From: Octopus sinensis
Taxonomy: Eukaryota
NCBI RefSeq assembly: GCF_006345805.1
Contig: NC_043003.1
Coordinates: 15,934,001 to 15,998,000 of the forward strand
Reading direction: 5' to 3'
DNA: 64,000 bases
Positions 14,305-28,079 of the stretch are shown piece after piece. The position numbers and the translations under genes are program-made. The stretch's first letter is position 1; every line of letters begins with the position of its first letter. Below the pieces are notes generated by a model. That model was not told where the DNA came from. It ran no database searches and saw only the letters and a list, made by a program, of their open reading frames with translations.

Positions 14305-15392
14305 TCTTACAGCCAATTGATATTGTAAAAGATTTAATGCGCTCAACATATATTGATTTGTTGCTTCATGGGTCCCCATCCGTGGCAAAGCCAACATCTT
14401 TGTTAAGTATAATATTACATCTGATTAGATCAACGGGTGCTAATTGGTTTCCATTAAAAATTTTGGTGTTAAAAACTTATGCGCAATGAATTGGTTATAT
14501 TTTTGTTATACACAAAATATTTTAACAATTTTTAATGCAATTCTCAATAATATTTAATTACAAAAATACGATAGGATTTTTCAAACATGGAATGGTTATG
14601 AGGTGTCCGTCCGATTGAAATAGTAGTCAAAGTTGTCTATAGGCAAAAAAGGTTACTACCCACTGGATTAGATCATCATTATCTCCGCCACACACGATAA
14701 GGCTCTGTAGCTTGGCTTAGAGAACAGACGGCTAATTTTCCTTAATATTGCCTAGCTCTTGTTTAGTCTAATTGGTCGAAGGCGTTCTTCGATGCTCAGT
14801 TTGTTTTAATATATCTTCCGAAATATGGTAAGGAATGAGACATAAATAAATCCAAATATTAAATAAGATGATATGGCAATATATAATACTTTTACTATAG
14901 TTCCTCGAGTTCCCAACATAAAATTGAGCCAATATTGATTCTAACATTTTGAATTGGAGAAAGTGATAACAACTATAAGCATTTTCTTGTTGAAATATTT
15001 AGTTTCTGGCGTGTGAACAACTTTCAAATAACAGCTGGAACTCTGTATACGACTCTTGAGACCAAACTTCTCGATTATCCTAGCCTCTACAACTACAGTC
15101 AAGTAACTATGTTTTGTAAATTATACTCTTTGCGGACAAGTCATTATCTAAATTTGTGTCACTCTAAAATTACATACAAAAAGAAAGCTAGGTATCGCCG
15201 TAAAAAGTCCCTTTTTTACAATAGGACAAATTTATATTATTTGCTCTCAACCGAAGCAAGGCTCTATGACCTCACTTTGTCATCTCTTCAATTAGAGTTC
15301 GTTAACGTTTACCAGCAGAATTTCATCTCAGTATAAAAGTGCCATGTACACGTTGCTTTTTATCTTTTAGCATTAAAGGCTACCGGCAAGGA

Positions 15393-15842
15393 AGGCGAGC
15401 TGGCTGAATCGTTACTGCGCCAGGAAAAAGGCTTAGCGGCATTTCTTCTGTCTTTAGGTCCTGAGTTGAAATGCCGCCGGGGTCGACTTTGTTTTTCATC
15501 CTTTCGGGGTCGAGAAAAATAAGTACCAGTTGAGAACTGGGGGTCGATAAAATCGTTCTACTCCCTTCCCTGAAATTGCCGATTTTATTCCAAAATTTGA
15601 AATCAATATATATTTCTTTACTACCCACAAGGGGCTAAACATAGAGGGGACAAACGACGACAGACAAATGGATTAAGTCGATTACATCGACCCCAGTGTG
15701 TAACTGGTACTTAATTTATCGACCCCGAAAGGATGAAAGGCAAAGTCGACCTCGGCGGAATTTGAACTCTGAACGTAACGGCAGACGAGATACCGCTAAG
15801 CATTTCGCCCGGCGTGCTAACGACTCTGCCAGCTCGCCGCCT
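15393..15842. mobile_element. Two oppositely oriented SINE family A copies (older + at 15393-15600, younger - at 15611-15842)
   Basis: The younger copy is flanked by the duplication ttgaaatcaatata (15598-15611 and 15842-15855). Confidence 0.85.
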
Positions 15843-17069
15843 TGAAATCAATATAGGTTACCGATCATCAGACAACGACTGTGTCTTACTTTTATCGATG
15901 CTAACGTTTGTCCATGATCAAGAAGATCTTAAACTTTCGTCGACACATTATCAACAGAATATCGAAAACTCTGTACAGCGTTAGGTAATAAAGAACAGAT
16001 ACGACACAGAAGATTATAAAATATCTCCCCGATCCCGAAGTCGAGGGTTATTGTTTTACGACGTTTGTTATGTGATATCTTAGAGAACGGCATTGAATAA
16101 TCTCTGAGAACGAAACTAAGAACTGATCAATTTAAATCTTAGATAGGTAGGGGTGAAGTTTATTATTACTTTACACTTTCTAGCTTATGCTGCCAGTTAG
16201 AATTTTCTTACACGACAATGAATAAGTTTGATAGTCGAGGGTTCGTCGGAATATTTCGCTTACTTATTAATGAAGGTCTAGATTAGATTATAGATAAGTA
16301 GATTCTATTTTGCTTCACTGAATTTATCTCAATTAATTCTGACAACGTTACTGAATAAATGAAAAAATGTTAAATACCTTACGGGAAATTTCGATTTCGT
16401 TTTACCTTTACTCTCATTATCTAACATTTTTCACATTTTTCACTATTTCTCTCTATTTCTTTTCACTCTGGTATTTCTCTCATTCCATTTCTCATCGTAC
16501 CATCCACACACAGATATATCTATTGTTTCACACTCAATTTAAAGAAGGAGTCCCAATGCGGCCGCTCGGCTTAACAAAATTGTTGCCAAATCTCCTTCAA
16601 ATTCTACCCTGCCTACATAAAAGTCAATGAAATAACATAGAGAAATATACGTGTATCAAATACCCTACAATCTAAATTCGTGATTTATTAAAATTATATC
16701 CGTCTCAAGATGATGTATCATAATTACCAAGAGGCAATTAAAACCAAATCCACTTGAGAAGCTTAGAGATTCAAGTTTTCTCCAAAACTATCATGCCATT
16801 AGAAAATGGATATGCTTGTTGTCTGATCATATAAAGTAATTGTGATTATAATATGTCAGAAAATAAAACAAAGTGACGTCGGCTTCAATGCCGGCCGCAC
16901 GATGTGAGTTCGTTACCCAAATATTTTCTCCGTATTCCTGTGCCATTGGAATAAGGCGTGACTAGTAATTCTACACGAAACTAAACTTGATTCTTTCTAC
17001 CTTTTTGTGTATATGTATCTGCGTACGTCTACCATCCCCATTTCTGTGCAGTTATTCTTTTATTTTTTA

Positions 17070-17263
17070 TTTGTTTCAGTCATTTGACTGTGGCCATGCT
17101 GGAGCACCGCCTTTAGTCGAACAAATCGACCCCAGGACTTATTCTTTGTAAGCCTAGTACTTATTCTATCGGTCTCATTTGCCGAGCCGCTAAGTTACAG
17201 GGACGTGAACATACCAACATCGGTTGTCATACGATGGTGGGGGGACAAACAGACATAAACATG

Positions 17264-17349
<86 letters not shown>

Positions 17350-17511
17350 ACAGGCTTCTTTCAGTTTCTGTCTACCAAATCCACTCAGAAGGCTTTGGTC
17401 GGCCCGAGGCTATAGTTGAAGACACTTGCCAAAGGTGCCAAGCAGTGGGACTGAACCCGGAACCATGTGGTTCGTAAGCAAGCTACTTACTACACAGCCA
17501 CTCCTGCGCCT
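17070..17511 (-). mobile_element. Full-length SINE family B with internal (TA)(TG)(AG) microsatellite
   Basis: Reverse complement of 18053-18460. Confidence 0.9.
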
Positions 17512-18052
17512 ATACGAAGATGTTATAAATTACCTCCTCAGTTTTGTCTGGAAATATACTGCGTTAAAATTGTCAACTGAATTCTGCTGCAATCTTTCAA
17601 AGAAATGTCGTATCGGACGATAAAACTTTTTTTTAAATATAGATTTGAGACTTTCATGGAAACAATTTTGTTTTTATTTTATTTTTTTTTTTTTCGGTAA
17701 AACATATATAAATAATGTGTATTTGAATTATTCGAGCTGGCGATAGTATCACTACATGGTTATTCTGCTTGCTAAAAATACGTGCCAAATGTTTCTAGAA
17801 TCATATCTACCACCTTTTAAAAAAATGGTCAAGCAAAATATTGAGTCGTCGATAGCTTTATTGAGACAAGATGGCTGCAGCTAAAGTGTCTTCATATCAT
17901 AAACGTAGTGGACAAAGACTGATCGTGTGTCGACCAGCAACATCCACGACTACGTAAGCAATTATTTGACATTTTAATATTTTACTATTAAAATGGCGTG
18001 TGATGGGTACAAGTAGCAGAGCGTTGGATTAAAGAAGGTAATATATTAAGTT

Positions 18053-18215
18053 AGGCGCAGGAGTGGCTGTGTGGTAAGTAGCTTGCTTACCAACCACATG
18101 GTTCTGGGTTCAGTCCCACTGCGTGGCACCTTGGGCAAGTATCTTCTACTATAGCCTCGGGCCGACCAAAGCCTTGTGAGTGGATTTGGTAGACGGAGAC
18201 TGAACGAAGCCCGTC

Positions 18216-18257
<42 letters not shown>

Positions 18258-18460
18258 GTGTCTGTGTTTGTCCCCCCAACATCGCTTGACAACCGATGCT
18301 GGCGTGTTTACATCCCCGTAACTTAGCGGTTCGGCAAGAGAGACCGATAGAATAAGTACTAGGCTTAAAAAGAATACGTCCTGGGGTCAATTTGCTCGAG
18401 TAAAGGCGGTGCTCCAGCATGGCCGCAGTCAAATGATTGAAACAAATACAGAATAAAAGA
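18053..18460 (+). mobile_element. Full-length SINE family B
   Basis: tRNA-like head ggcgcaggagtggctgtgtggtaag...gggttcagtccc, internal (TA)n, and tail ...gcagtcaaatgattgaaacaaat. Confidence 0.9.
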
Positions 18461-18564
18461 ATTCTTTCTATATTAAAATCTTACCAAGTCTAATTCGTCT
18501 TGCATATTTCTAGGTTGAATGAAAATTGTTGCAGTTAAGTACTGGGATGGATCTGATCAAGTAT

Positions 18565-18976
18565 TTTCACTTAAGCCCTTCGCTCCCTATGGAGCATACG
18601 TCAACGATTTTCACGCCTATTCTCGATTCTGCACCAGCTTCCTACTTCTCTCCAGTTGGTTCCCTGCCTTTTCACTTCTGCTTCATTATCCCGCCTCGTT
18701 TGTGAGCTTATTTTTCCCTGGGAGAAGGTCGCCCTCTCCCTAGTCTTGTTGGCTTCGAATTCTCATTGATTCCTTTGTAACTTTGCTTTCTTTCTAGATT
18801 GGAGTGTTGGTCCTACACAGACCCGTTTTTACTTCTGGGATGAGGTGGTCCATATTAGTCTGGGCTCTGTCATTTGATCTGTCCATCATGGAAAGTCATA
18901 CCATGACCTTGCGTTCCGCTGGCATAGGTCTCGAGGTCATTGAGGCACACAAACCACCACAGCACGACACGGTCTG
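18565..18976 (-). mobile_element. Old RTE-derived bipartite non-autonomous retroposon (RTE 5' UTR plus RTE 3' end)
   Basis: Minus strand begins ccgtgtcgtgctgtggtggtttgtgtgcctcaatgacctcgagacctatgcc...cccagactaa, resembling Expander/BovB-type 5' regions. It ends tatgctccatagggagcgaagggcttaagt, resembling RTE 3' ends. Confidence 0.55.
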
Positions 18977-19233
18977 ATACCTCTGTTGCGATCAAGTACA
19001 CACACCCATTCAAAATATCTAATCTTCTGACTACGTTTGATATTAATGTGTTGCCAGAATCGTTAGAATATCGAACAAAAAACCTGTCCTTATATAGTTA
19101 CGGTTCTTTCCGATCTGAGTTCAAAACGTGCTTAGTTTTATATATATACATATATATTATATTAAATTAGAGATAAAACCACTATTAGGCAAATCATACA
19201 ATGAAAAACTTAAGCCAATACATAAGATTATAC

Positions 19234-19289
<56 letters not shown>

Positions 19290-19292
<3 letters not shown>

Positions 19293-19560
19293 GAGGGGGA
19301 GTTCACGAAAAAAACAAAAGACAGGTGGTGTATAAAACAAACAGATGTATTAATATAACGCTCAGGAAATTGAAAAAAAGTATTTTACGTTTCAAGCCTA
19401 CGCTCTTCTACAGAAAGGGTCACAGAAAAAAACAAGGAGAGAAGCAAGGAGAGAAAAAAATGTGTGTAGTGGCTACCGATCTATCATGGCGACTGCCGGG
19501 CAGAAGGGTCACACAGGAGTGCGAAGAAGTAGGGGAGATAACAAAGTAAAGATGCCCCCC
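19290..19560 (-). mobile_element. TA-adjacent Penelope-like terminal repeat with hammerhead-like motif at 19381-19416
   Basis: Minus strand reads tttctg-TAGAAGA-gcgtaggctt-GAAA-CGTA-aaa. Stem III is the palindrome ACGT, but the 5' core is non-canonical. Confidence 0.4.
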
Positions 19561-19678
19561 CAACACGAAGGTGCGTGTGTGTATAAGAGAGTATGTATGT
19601 ATCGACTGCGCCCCCCCCACAAATTTCAGGCCTTGTGCCTAAAGTAGAAAGAATTTTATGGATACTGAAAGGCCATCG

Positions 19679-19723
<45 letters not shown>

Positions 19724-20373
19724 GTGTGGTGTGTGTATGTATGTGTGTGTGTGTGTGTGTATGTATGTGTGTGTGTGTTTTGTGTTTGTCATCTCATACC
19801 ACTTCACAGCAGACGTTTTGTTTACGTAACTTAGCGGTTCAGCATAAAGAGACCGATAGAATAAGTACCAGGCTTTTGAAAAAGAAAATACGAACTGGAG
19901 TTTGCTTGGTTCGACTAAAGCCTGTAAAGGCATACTCCAACATGGCCATAGCCCATTCACTGAACCACGTAAAAGATTAAAGGAATGATAAACGATAAAA
20001 CGGAGATAGATAGGAAGGGAAAAAGAAAGAAAGGAAGGAAGAAAGAAAGGAAGGAAGAAAGAAAGAAAGGAAGGAAGGAAGGAAGAAAGAAAGAAAGAAA
20101 CAAGGGAAAAAGGAAATTAGATCATAGACGTTACATGCAGTAAAATGGCTAAAGATTTAAGAGATCAGAATTTTATCAGATTTTCTAACTTTTGGAGTTA
20201 AATTTAGTTGTTAATATAAGTTATCCAAGCAAGGAAACAAGATTATTGGTTATATAATAGCAAGATAAATTTAACACCGTTATTTAATCATAATAAAATA
20301 TCGAGATTATATTCTCTATCTGCCGCCATATATACAAATATATATGGCGGTATATGTGTGTCTGTGTATATAC

Positions 20374-20416
<43 letters not shown>

Positions 20417-20536
20417 TTCGTATCATATCATATATCATATGTTAATATTTATGTCATTCACATTTGCGCTTCGGGCATATTTGCAGCAAAACCTCACAAA
20501 ATTTCTCGAAGCTTATTTCAACGATCTTTCCATTAA

Positions 20537-20578
<42 letters not shown>

Positions 20579-20857
20579 ACACACACACATACACAGACAC
20601 ACACACATACACGGACACACACACACATACACGGACACACACACACACACACACATACACGGACACACATACACAAGCACACACACATACAGTACTCGTG
20701 AATGTTGGCGTTATGTTATAGGAATATGTATTGAGGCAATAGGTTCCAGCGAAGTATGGATATAGCGTTCACTCGGCAAGGAAGCATAGGTAGTGTCCAC
20801 TTCTCTGCAGATTAAACACGCATAAACACGCAACATATACGTATATACATACATACA

Positions 20858-20905
<48 letters not shown>

Positions 20906-21661
20906 ATATATAATATTATATTATATTATATTATATTATATTATATTATATCATATTATATCATATTATATATGTTCGGAGGCATATTTACGTGCACTCT
21001 TATCAAATTACACTATTCTGTTTAGCCACCAAGTACACACACACACACAAACACACAAAAAAACACACATTCTCTCTCACTCTCCCTCTGTATATATACA
21101 CACACACACAAACATATGCACATATATTATAGAAAGACTTTCGCCGGCCCGAGGCTATAGAAGATATCTGCTCAAGATTCCATGCAGTGGAACTGAACAC
21201 AGAACCATGTACTTTGGGAAACAGACTTCTTACCACACAGCCACACCTGTTTAATTTAGCATGTGTTACCCAAAGTGATTACACCAGGCTTGAAAAAACC
21301 GTTAATGCATAGTTACCAGAAAACAGGTGTTGTACCTGTGTATATTTGTGGTTTCCTCGTTATTGCTTTACTTGTTTCAGTCATTTGACTCCGGCCATGC
21401 TGGAGCACCACCTTAAAGGGGTTTTCAGTTGAAGAAATCTACCTCAGAACTTATTCTTTGTAAGCCTAGTACTTATTCTGTTGCTCTTCTTTGTCGAGCC
21501 GCTAATTCACGGCGACGTAAACACACGAACATCGGTTGCCAAGCGAAGGTGTGTGGACAAACACAGACACAAAGACACAAACTCATTAACATATATATCT
21601 TCCATTAGGTACGTTTTGCTTTCGTATCGCTTCACACCTCTTGGCTGCATAGTTCCAGCCA

Positions 21662-21703
21662 CGCCTGATGAACGTACTTCTGTACGTGAAACTATTAGTA
21701 GCG
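21662..21703 (+). ncRNA. Minimal type-I hammerhead ribozyme, canonical core
   Basis: cgc-CTGATGA-acgtac ttct gtacgt-GAA-act att agt-A-gcg. P1 3 bp, P2 6 bp, P3 3 bp; predicted cleavage after GUA at 21700. Lies in a ~170-bp island bounded by TA runs. Confidence 0.85.
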
Positions 21704-21763
21704 GATATAATGCATGTAATATGAAGCATTTATAGTTATATAAATGAATTACAACCCTTACAC

Positions 21764-21807
<44 letters not shown>

Positions 21808-21808
<1 letters not shown>

Positions 21809-22138
21809 GGAGACCCTCTTCGGTCATGAATGACCATGGGATTGCACCTAGAAAGTTACCCTCCGAGGCACAAATCCAGGCAAGGTTGTTTATGGAAGAC
21901 TAGCAGTCGCCCATCTCCACGCCACTGATGTTATCCAAGGGAAAGGCAAAGGGGCCGATACAGCTTGGCATCAGTGACACCGCAACTCATGTCTACAGCT
22001 GAGTGAACTGGAGTAACGTGAAATAAAGTGTCTTGCTCAAGAACACAACACGCAGCTCGGTCCGGGACTCGAACTCACAACCTCACGGTCGTAAGATCGA
22101 CGCTCTAAACTCTAACCACTGAGCCATGCGCCTTCACC
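21808..22138 (-). mobile_element. tRNA-derived SINE family D
   Basis: Minus-strand head ggtgaaggcgcatggctcagtggttag...gagttcgagtccc; homologous to 33363-33746. Confidence 0.85.
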
Positions 22139-22204
22139 AAATATGTATGTATATATATATCTATGAGATATTTAGAAATTTAATATTTCTGATATATCTA
22201 TATC

Positions 22205-22250
<46 letters not shown>

Positions 22251-22265
22251 ACACACACACACACA

Positions 22266-22329
<64 letters not shown>

Positions 22330-23489
22330 TGTGTGTGTGTGTGTGTGTGTGGTGTATATATATATATATTATAGAGAGCATTTATGTATAGTAATGCCCT
22401 CTATATATATAAAATTGGTGAATTTTTCTCTTATGAGCTTTTTCACGCTAACTACTTGATAAATTCATATATAGATTTTATCCTATTTTAAAATTATATA
22501 TATATATATATATATCCCCACTGCCTCCACCCACAGCTTCCTATTCAGGGTTATATAGCAGATCCAAAAGTGCTGTTCCTTTGAAAGCATTGCTCGAGGC
22601 AGACCGCCTCTATCTCTCCCCGCTCCTAGCTATATTAATGATTTAGTTACAGCTCTTTGTGTTCTGTGTTCAAGTCCCGCAGAGTTCAACTTCGTCTTTC
22701 ATATTTTCAGAGTCGATAATACAATGAAGTATCAATCCAGCACTAAACTCTCTCGCCCTATTTTGAACCTTGTATCTATGTAAGAAACAAATATTTACTT
22801 CGGACCACTTGCTACATTTAGATATGTATCTGAGAAAATGTCTGGAAACAGTCTCTATTTATTGAAAGAGAATTATTACACAAACAGAATAGAGAACAGA
22901 CTAAATATCAGCCTTTTTAACATACAGTTAGTGGTTTATTTAAGACTGTCGCTGTTGGATTTAGGCACAATAAAGCTCTTATAAAAACCGATTTTTCTTT
23001 ATTAACGGAGTTGACCAATATAGTGTAATATCAACCCTAAGAATTGGGGAAATCACTGATACATTGCGAGATGCGAGGGTTATTGCATTTGAACTATGAA
23101 GTTAACCACATCAGCTGTATAGAAAGCCATAGAAGGGGAATAAATTAATACGGTTAACCAGTCGAGCCGTATGATTTGGATGAAGTGGTTGAATAAACAA
23201 ACGCTTTTGTAATAATAATTACAGTTATTTGAAGAAATCTGATAGCAAATCTGGAGGAAAATGATACACGAGGGAAGAAACGGAAAGAATAGTGAATGAG
23301 TGAAGAATATGAAGAAAACAGAAGCTGAGAATGGACGAGTAAAGCTAGAAGAATGAGACGGGATTTTGAAAAAGAGGTACAGAATAGTAGAAAGAAGCAA
23401 AGTATATTTCCAGACTTCTGGGAGATTTGAAAGACAAAGGAAGACGTTGAGGTGAAAAAGTGATGGAGGAAATAGGGTAGTTCTTTTAT

Positions 23490-23719
23490 TCTTTTATTCT
23501 TTTATATGTTTCAGTCATTTGTCTGCAGCCATGCTGGAGCACCGTCTTTAGTCGAACAAATCGACCCCGGGACTTATTCTTTGTAAGCTTAGTACTTATA
23601 CTATCGGTTTCTTTTGCCGAACCGCTAAGTTACCAACTTCGGTTGTCAAGCGATGGTAGGGGGACACAAACACAGACACACAAACATACAAACTTTCAAA
23701 CACACACACACATACATAC

Positions 23720-23760
<41 letters not shown>

Positions 23761-23945
23761 CACATATATATATACACATATACAACGGGCTTCTTTCAGT
23801 TTCCGTCTACCAAATCCACTCACAAGGCTTTGGTCGGCCTGCGGATATAGTAGAAGCCACTTGTCCAAGGTGCCACGCGGCGGAAGTGAACCCGGAACCA
23901 TGTGGTTGGTAAGCAAGCTACTTACTTCACAGCCACTCCTGCGCT
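23490..23945 (-). mobile_element. Full-length SINE family B
   Basis: Homologous to 17070-17511. Confidence 0.85.
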
Positions 23946-24324
23946 TATATATATGTGTGTGTGTGTGTGTGTGTTTGGAGAGATAGAGAGAGAGAGAGAA
24001 AGAAAGAGAGACAGACAGATAAACAGACAGTCAGACAGAGGGAGATAGAGAAAGAGTTAAAGAAAGATGAAAACATAAAGAGACAAAAAATGAGAAATCA
24101 AAAAAAAACAAATAAAAAAGGAAACTAGAAGCGAAATTCGTGGAAAGGTTTGAGTCTCTGTTCGCCTTCATTAAATTATCGTTAGAAGAAAACGGTAGGT
24201 ATTCGAAGCCTAAGAGTCCATTGATGTAATTTCAGCATCGATTTAAAAGGTAATTCTCCTACAAATAAAATCACGATACATTACTTCGATTACATTTTTT
24301 ACCAGTTCTATGAATGTTTTTAAA

Positions 24325-24710
24325 TGTGGCTGCGTGGTAAGAAGCTTGCTGCCAAACCACAAGTATCTGGGTTCAGTCTCACTGTGTATCACCTTGAGCA
24401 AGTATCTTCTATTATGGTCTCGGGCCGACCAAAGCCTTGTGAGTGGATTTGGTAGACAAAAACTGAAAGAAGCCCGTCGAGTATGGATAAATGTATGTGT
24501 CTGTCTGTCTGTGTTGGTCCCCCATCACTACTCGACAACCGGTGCTGGTGTGTTCACGATCCCGTAAGCCAGCAGCTCGGTAAAAGAGACCGATAGAGTA
24601 AGTACAAGGCTTAAAAAATAATTAAGTATTGAGCTCGATTCGTACGGCTAAAATTCTTCTAGACGGTGCCCCAGCATGGCCGCATCCTAATAACGAAAAC
24701 AAATGAAAGA
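24325..24710 (+). mobile_element. Diverged SINE family B
   Basis: Homologous to 18053-18460. Confidence 0.8.
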
Positions 24711-25777
24711 TATAATGTTTGACGATATTTTTTTTAAAAAGACGTGTGTCTGAACTGAATATTATATTCAATATTATAAAATATTAGCTAACAGAGGAAG
24801 CTTGTACGCGGCTGCTCAATGTGCCGACATCTAGATCTTTCTACTCTAGGCAATTGATTAGATCGACCCAGTACACAACTGATACTTAATTTAGAGAGTC
24901 CTGCTGACATCTAAATGAAATACCAAAACATAATATATAATGTAGTCCTACGTATTCTATGCCTCCATAAAAAAACCATTAACATAGTTTGAATATCTTT
25001 GACAATATCACTGTTGTATCGAGCTCAATTAAGACGAATCTGCAATTGTTTTGCTGAAGTTGGTGTGAAACTGACTCAAAAGCAGAACTAAGTATTCGTT
25101 ATATTTTTTTCCAATATCAATGTGTTTTCACGTTAAAAAATACTGTTGTTTAAGTTGGTGAGCCGGCAGAATTGTTTTACACACCAGGCAAATGCTTATT
25201 TCGTCCGCCTTTATGTTTTGAGTTCACATTCCGCTCAGGTCACCTTTGTCTGTGTTTGAAATCAATAATATTGTCCCCTATATTTAGGTTTTGTTTTTGC
25301 TTTTTCCTTTAGTCCTAGGTTTCATGAGGTCACTTGTCCGGTTTCCATAACGTTTAAGTGAATGAGATCATAACATTCTCTAGAAAGGGACACAGGCCAG
25401 CAACTTTGAGAGGAGGGGGACGCATTGATTACATCGCCCCCGCCCCGCCCAGTACTGGGCTCATCCTTTATTTTACCGATTCCAATAGAATGGAAGGTAA
25501 GTTAACCTCGGTAGAATTCGAACTCAGAAAGTAAAGATCCGGAAGAAGTGCTACTGAGCATTTGGTATCACTAGTTAATGAATCTTCCAGCTCACCGCTT
25601 CATTTATGTTGCGATTACCAGAATCTAATCCCAAGGTCACTATTTATGTTATCACTCATCATTCATGGTTGTGACTGAGCAAATGAACGATAAAAAGCTC
25701 CCCAAACTTCACCGTCTTAGCATTTTCTTGAAGATATAGACTACCAAGAACTACATTACTCAATGTGCTCTTTCTTA

Positions 25778-27081
25778 CTGAGAGTGGAACAGAGAGGACG
25801 GAAGTTTTTGAAAATTTCACAAAATGATTAATTTTAGCTGTAAACAAATTTTATTGACATCAATGTGTTTTTACTGAATTAACATTTGTCAAAATCAAGT
25901 GTGGAAAACAACATCCATCATGTGATGGCCTTTTTCATCGATGCATTTCCGAAGGCGTTATTGGAAGTTGGCCTCCACTCTCTCCAGCCTTGCTCTGTTG
26001 ATTTGGGCGATTTCCACGCGAATAGCTACCTTTATATCATCCAATGTACGGGGCTTGTGCGCATACATACGTGCCTTGAGGTTTCCCCACAAGAAATAAT
26101 CACACATCAGGGGATTGAGGGGGCCAAGGAATGTCAGCAAACCTGGAAATGATGCGGTCACCGGAGAGAGGGCGAAGAACGTCTACTGATGCTTAGGTTG
26201 TGTGATCCGTTGCCCCATCCTGCTGAAACCACAAGGCATACGTTTTCGTTGTCATTCAGGCACAAAGAAGTTGTTTATTATCTCGATGTAATGCTCGGAA
26301 TTCACAGTTACAGCATTTCCATTATTGTCTTCAAAAAAGGTAAGGACCAATGACGAGAGCTTTTCAAACAGCACACCAGACCGACACTTTTGTGCTGTAC
26401 TGTGGTCTTTCGTGCATTTTCCTCGGATTTTCAAGAGCCCAATAACGATTCACCAGGCCATTGAGAGGAAAATGTGTTTCATCACTCATTAAAAAAAGGA
26501 GGTTGTCATTTGCCTCAAAAATTGCTTCCATCTGACGTCGAAGTTAAGCCGCTGCCCATAGTCCCATGGTTTTAACTGTTGTCCAATGGCCAATTTGTAC
26601 GGGTGGAAATGCAGGTCTTCGTGCAAAATACGCCTTACCGATCGATTAACGAAGACAAGTTCAGTGGAATGCCTCCGAACAGAACGATTCAGATTCCGTA
26701 TCAAAGCTCGTCTGACGCGTTCCACATTTTTTGGACTCCGTACCGTTCGTGGCCCCTTCACCAGTTTCCTGTGTACCTCGTGTACGAAGTGCACTCACCC
26801 AACGTAAGATTGTGTTACGGGTGGGAACAGCTTTATTCCGGTGCATGTTGAAGTGGCGCCGAAACTCACGTTGAACTGCTGTGACAGACTCGATATTCTT
26901 CACGTAACTGTCGTAGGATAACACGCAATGCTCCATCATCCATAGCACCATGGTCTTACCTGAAAAGAAGAACAAATGCTAAGAGACCACGGACCGAATG
27001 GTACCTGTCGAACGTATTTCTCTCTCCCTGGGGCTGAATAATAGCCATTTCAAAAACGTCCGTTCTCTCTGCTTCACCCTG
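25778..27081 (-). mobile_element. Full-length (1.3 kb) decayed Tc1/mariner transposon, DD41D (rosa/Visitor-like) type, with pseudogenised transposase
   Basis: TA-flanked imperfect TIRs (ctgagagtggaacagagaggacggaagtttttgaaa versus cagggtgaagcagagagaacggacgtttttgaaa). Minus-strand motifs in order: SVTAVQREFRRHF..PTRNTILRWV (HTH), HEDLHFHPYK, MSDETHF, FFEDNNGNAVTVNSEHY, WFQQDGATDHT, WPPQSPD..CDYFLWG. Multiple stops and frameshifts. Confidence 0.92.
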
Positions 27082-27541
27082 TATATAAAACGACAGGTAG
27101 GGATTTGAAGTATATTTACCTGCTATTTCTAGCAGGTCTAGCGAAAAGTTTTCAGTTTGACCCGATTTTATTGTTCCCAATGCCAAATTAGCCAATATTA
27201 AGTGGGATTATAATCAAGGATGTGACCATTCTATTTCTACCAGTTTAATATGCTTAATTACAATGTCTGATCTTCCTTCATATTTTAGACAGCAGAGTGT
27301 GATTCGAGAGAATCTTCTAGCAGACAGCTTTAACGGTTGTGTAAAGGATCTCTCATTGGTTCTTCCTACTGATGATGTTTGTGAGGTTAGCTGAAAAAGA
27401 TATTATTTATTAACAAGATCTGTGCACAATTAATTCTCAATTTTCACTGCTGAATACTTAGAACTGACACGTAAATGAAATGAAATTTTCCATTTCTTCG
27501 CTCAAATTCTTTCTTTCTTTATTATTATTATTATTTTTATT

Positions 27542-27576
<35 letters not shown>

Positions 27577-28079
27577 TATCAGGAGGGGAATGGAGAAAGG
27601 ATTTTGTCGTTTTCTTCTTTTTACATTTTAAACGATTAAATGCATGTATTTTCTCAAAGGATTTTTTTTTGAAAAAAGAATTTAAATGCTTCATTCCTAT
27701 AAAGAATACAACACTGTGAAAAACACAACACAAATCTTGTTATTTCAAGATAATTTTACAGGTTAATCGGCAAAGACAGTTGCAATTATCGAAGCAGTAA
27801 CACAATTTGCGAAGCTCTAGATCGGCAACGAAATATAACTTGAGCAGAACAACCGGACAGAAAGTCAATTTAACCAAAGCAAATTTAACAGCCGAATACA
27901 AATGATGCATTAAGAGTGTTTGCTCCTTACAGTTGCATTGGCGTGTTATAGGTGGACTTAGGATTTCTTTAAGCAGGGTTTCAAATCCTGTTATTGATGT
28001 TGCTCTGCAAAACAAATTGAAAATTTAACCCCAATATTGGCACAAACACATGACACACACATACATTCATGCATGCATT

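Noticed and set aside
14360-14500. hAT transposase-like motif (NKDVGFATDGDP) on the minus strand
   Set aside because: Single short motif. The nearby IHC lies on the wrong side and there is no further support.
27368-27400. CTGATGA...GAAA possible hammerhead
   Set aside because: No P1, P2 or P3 pairing.
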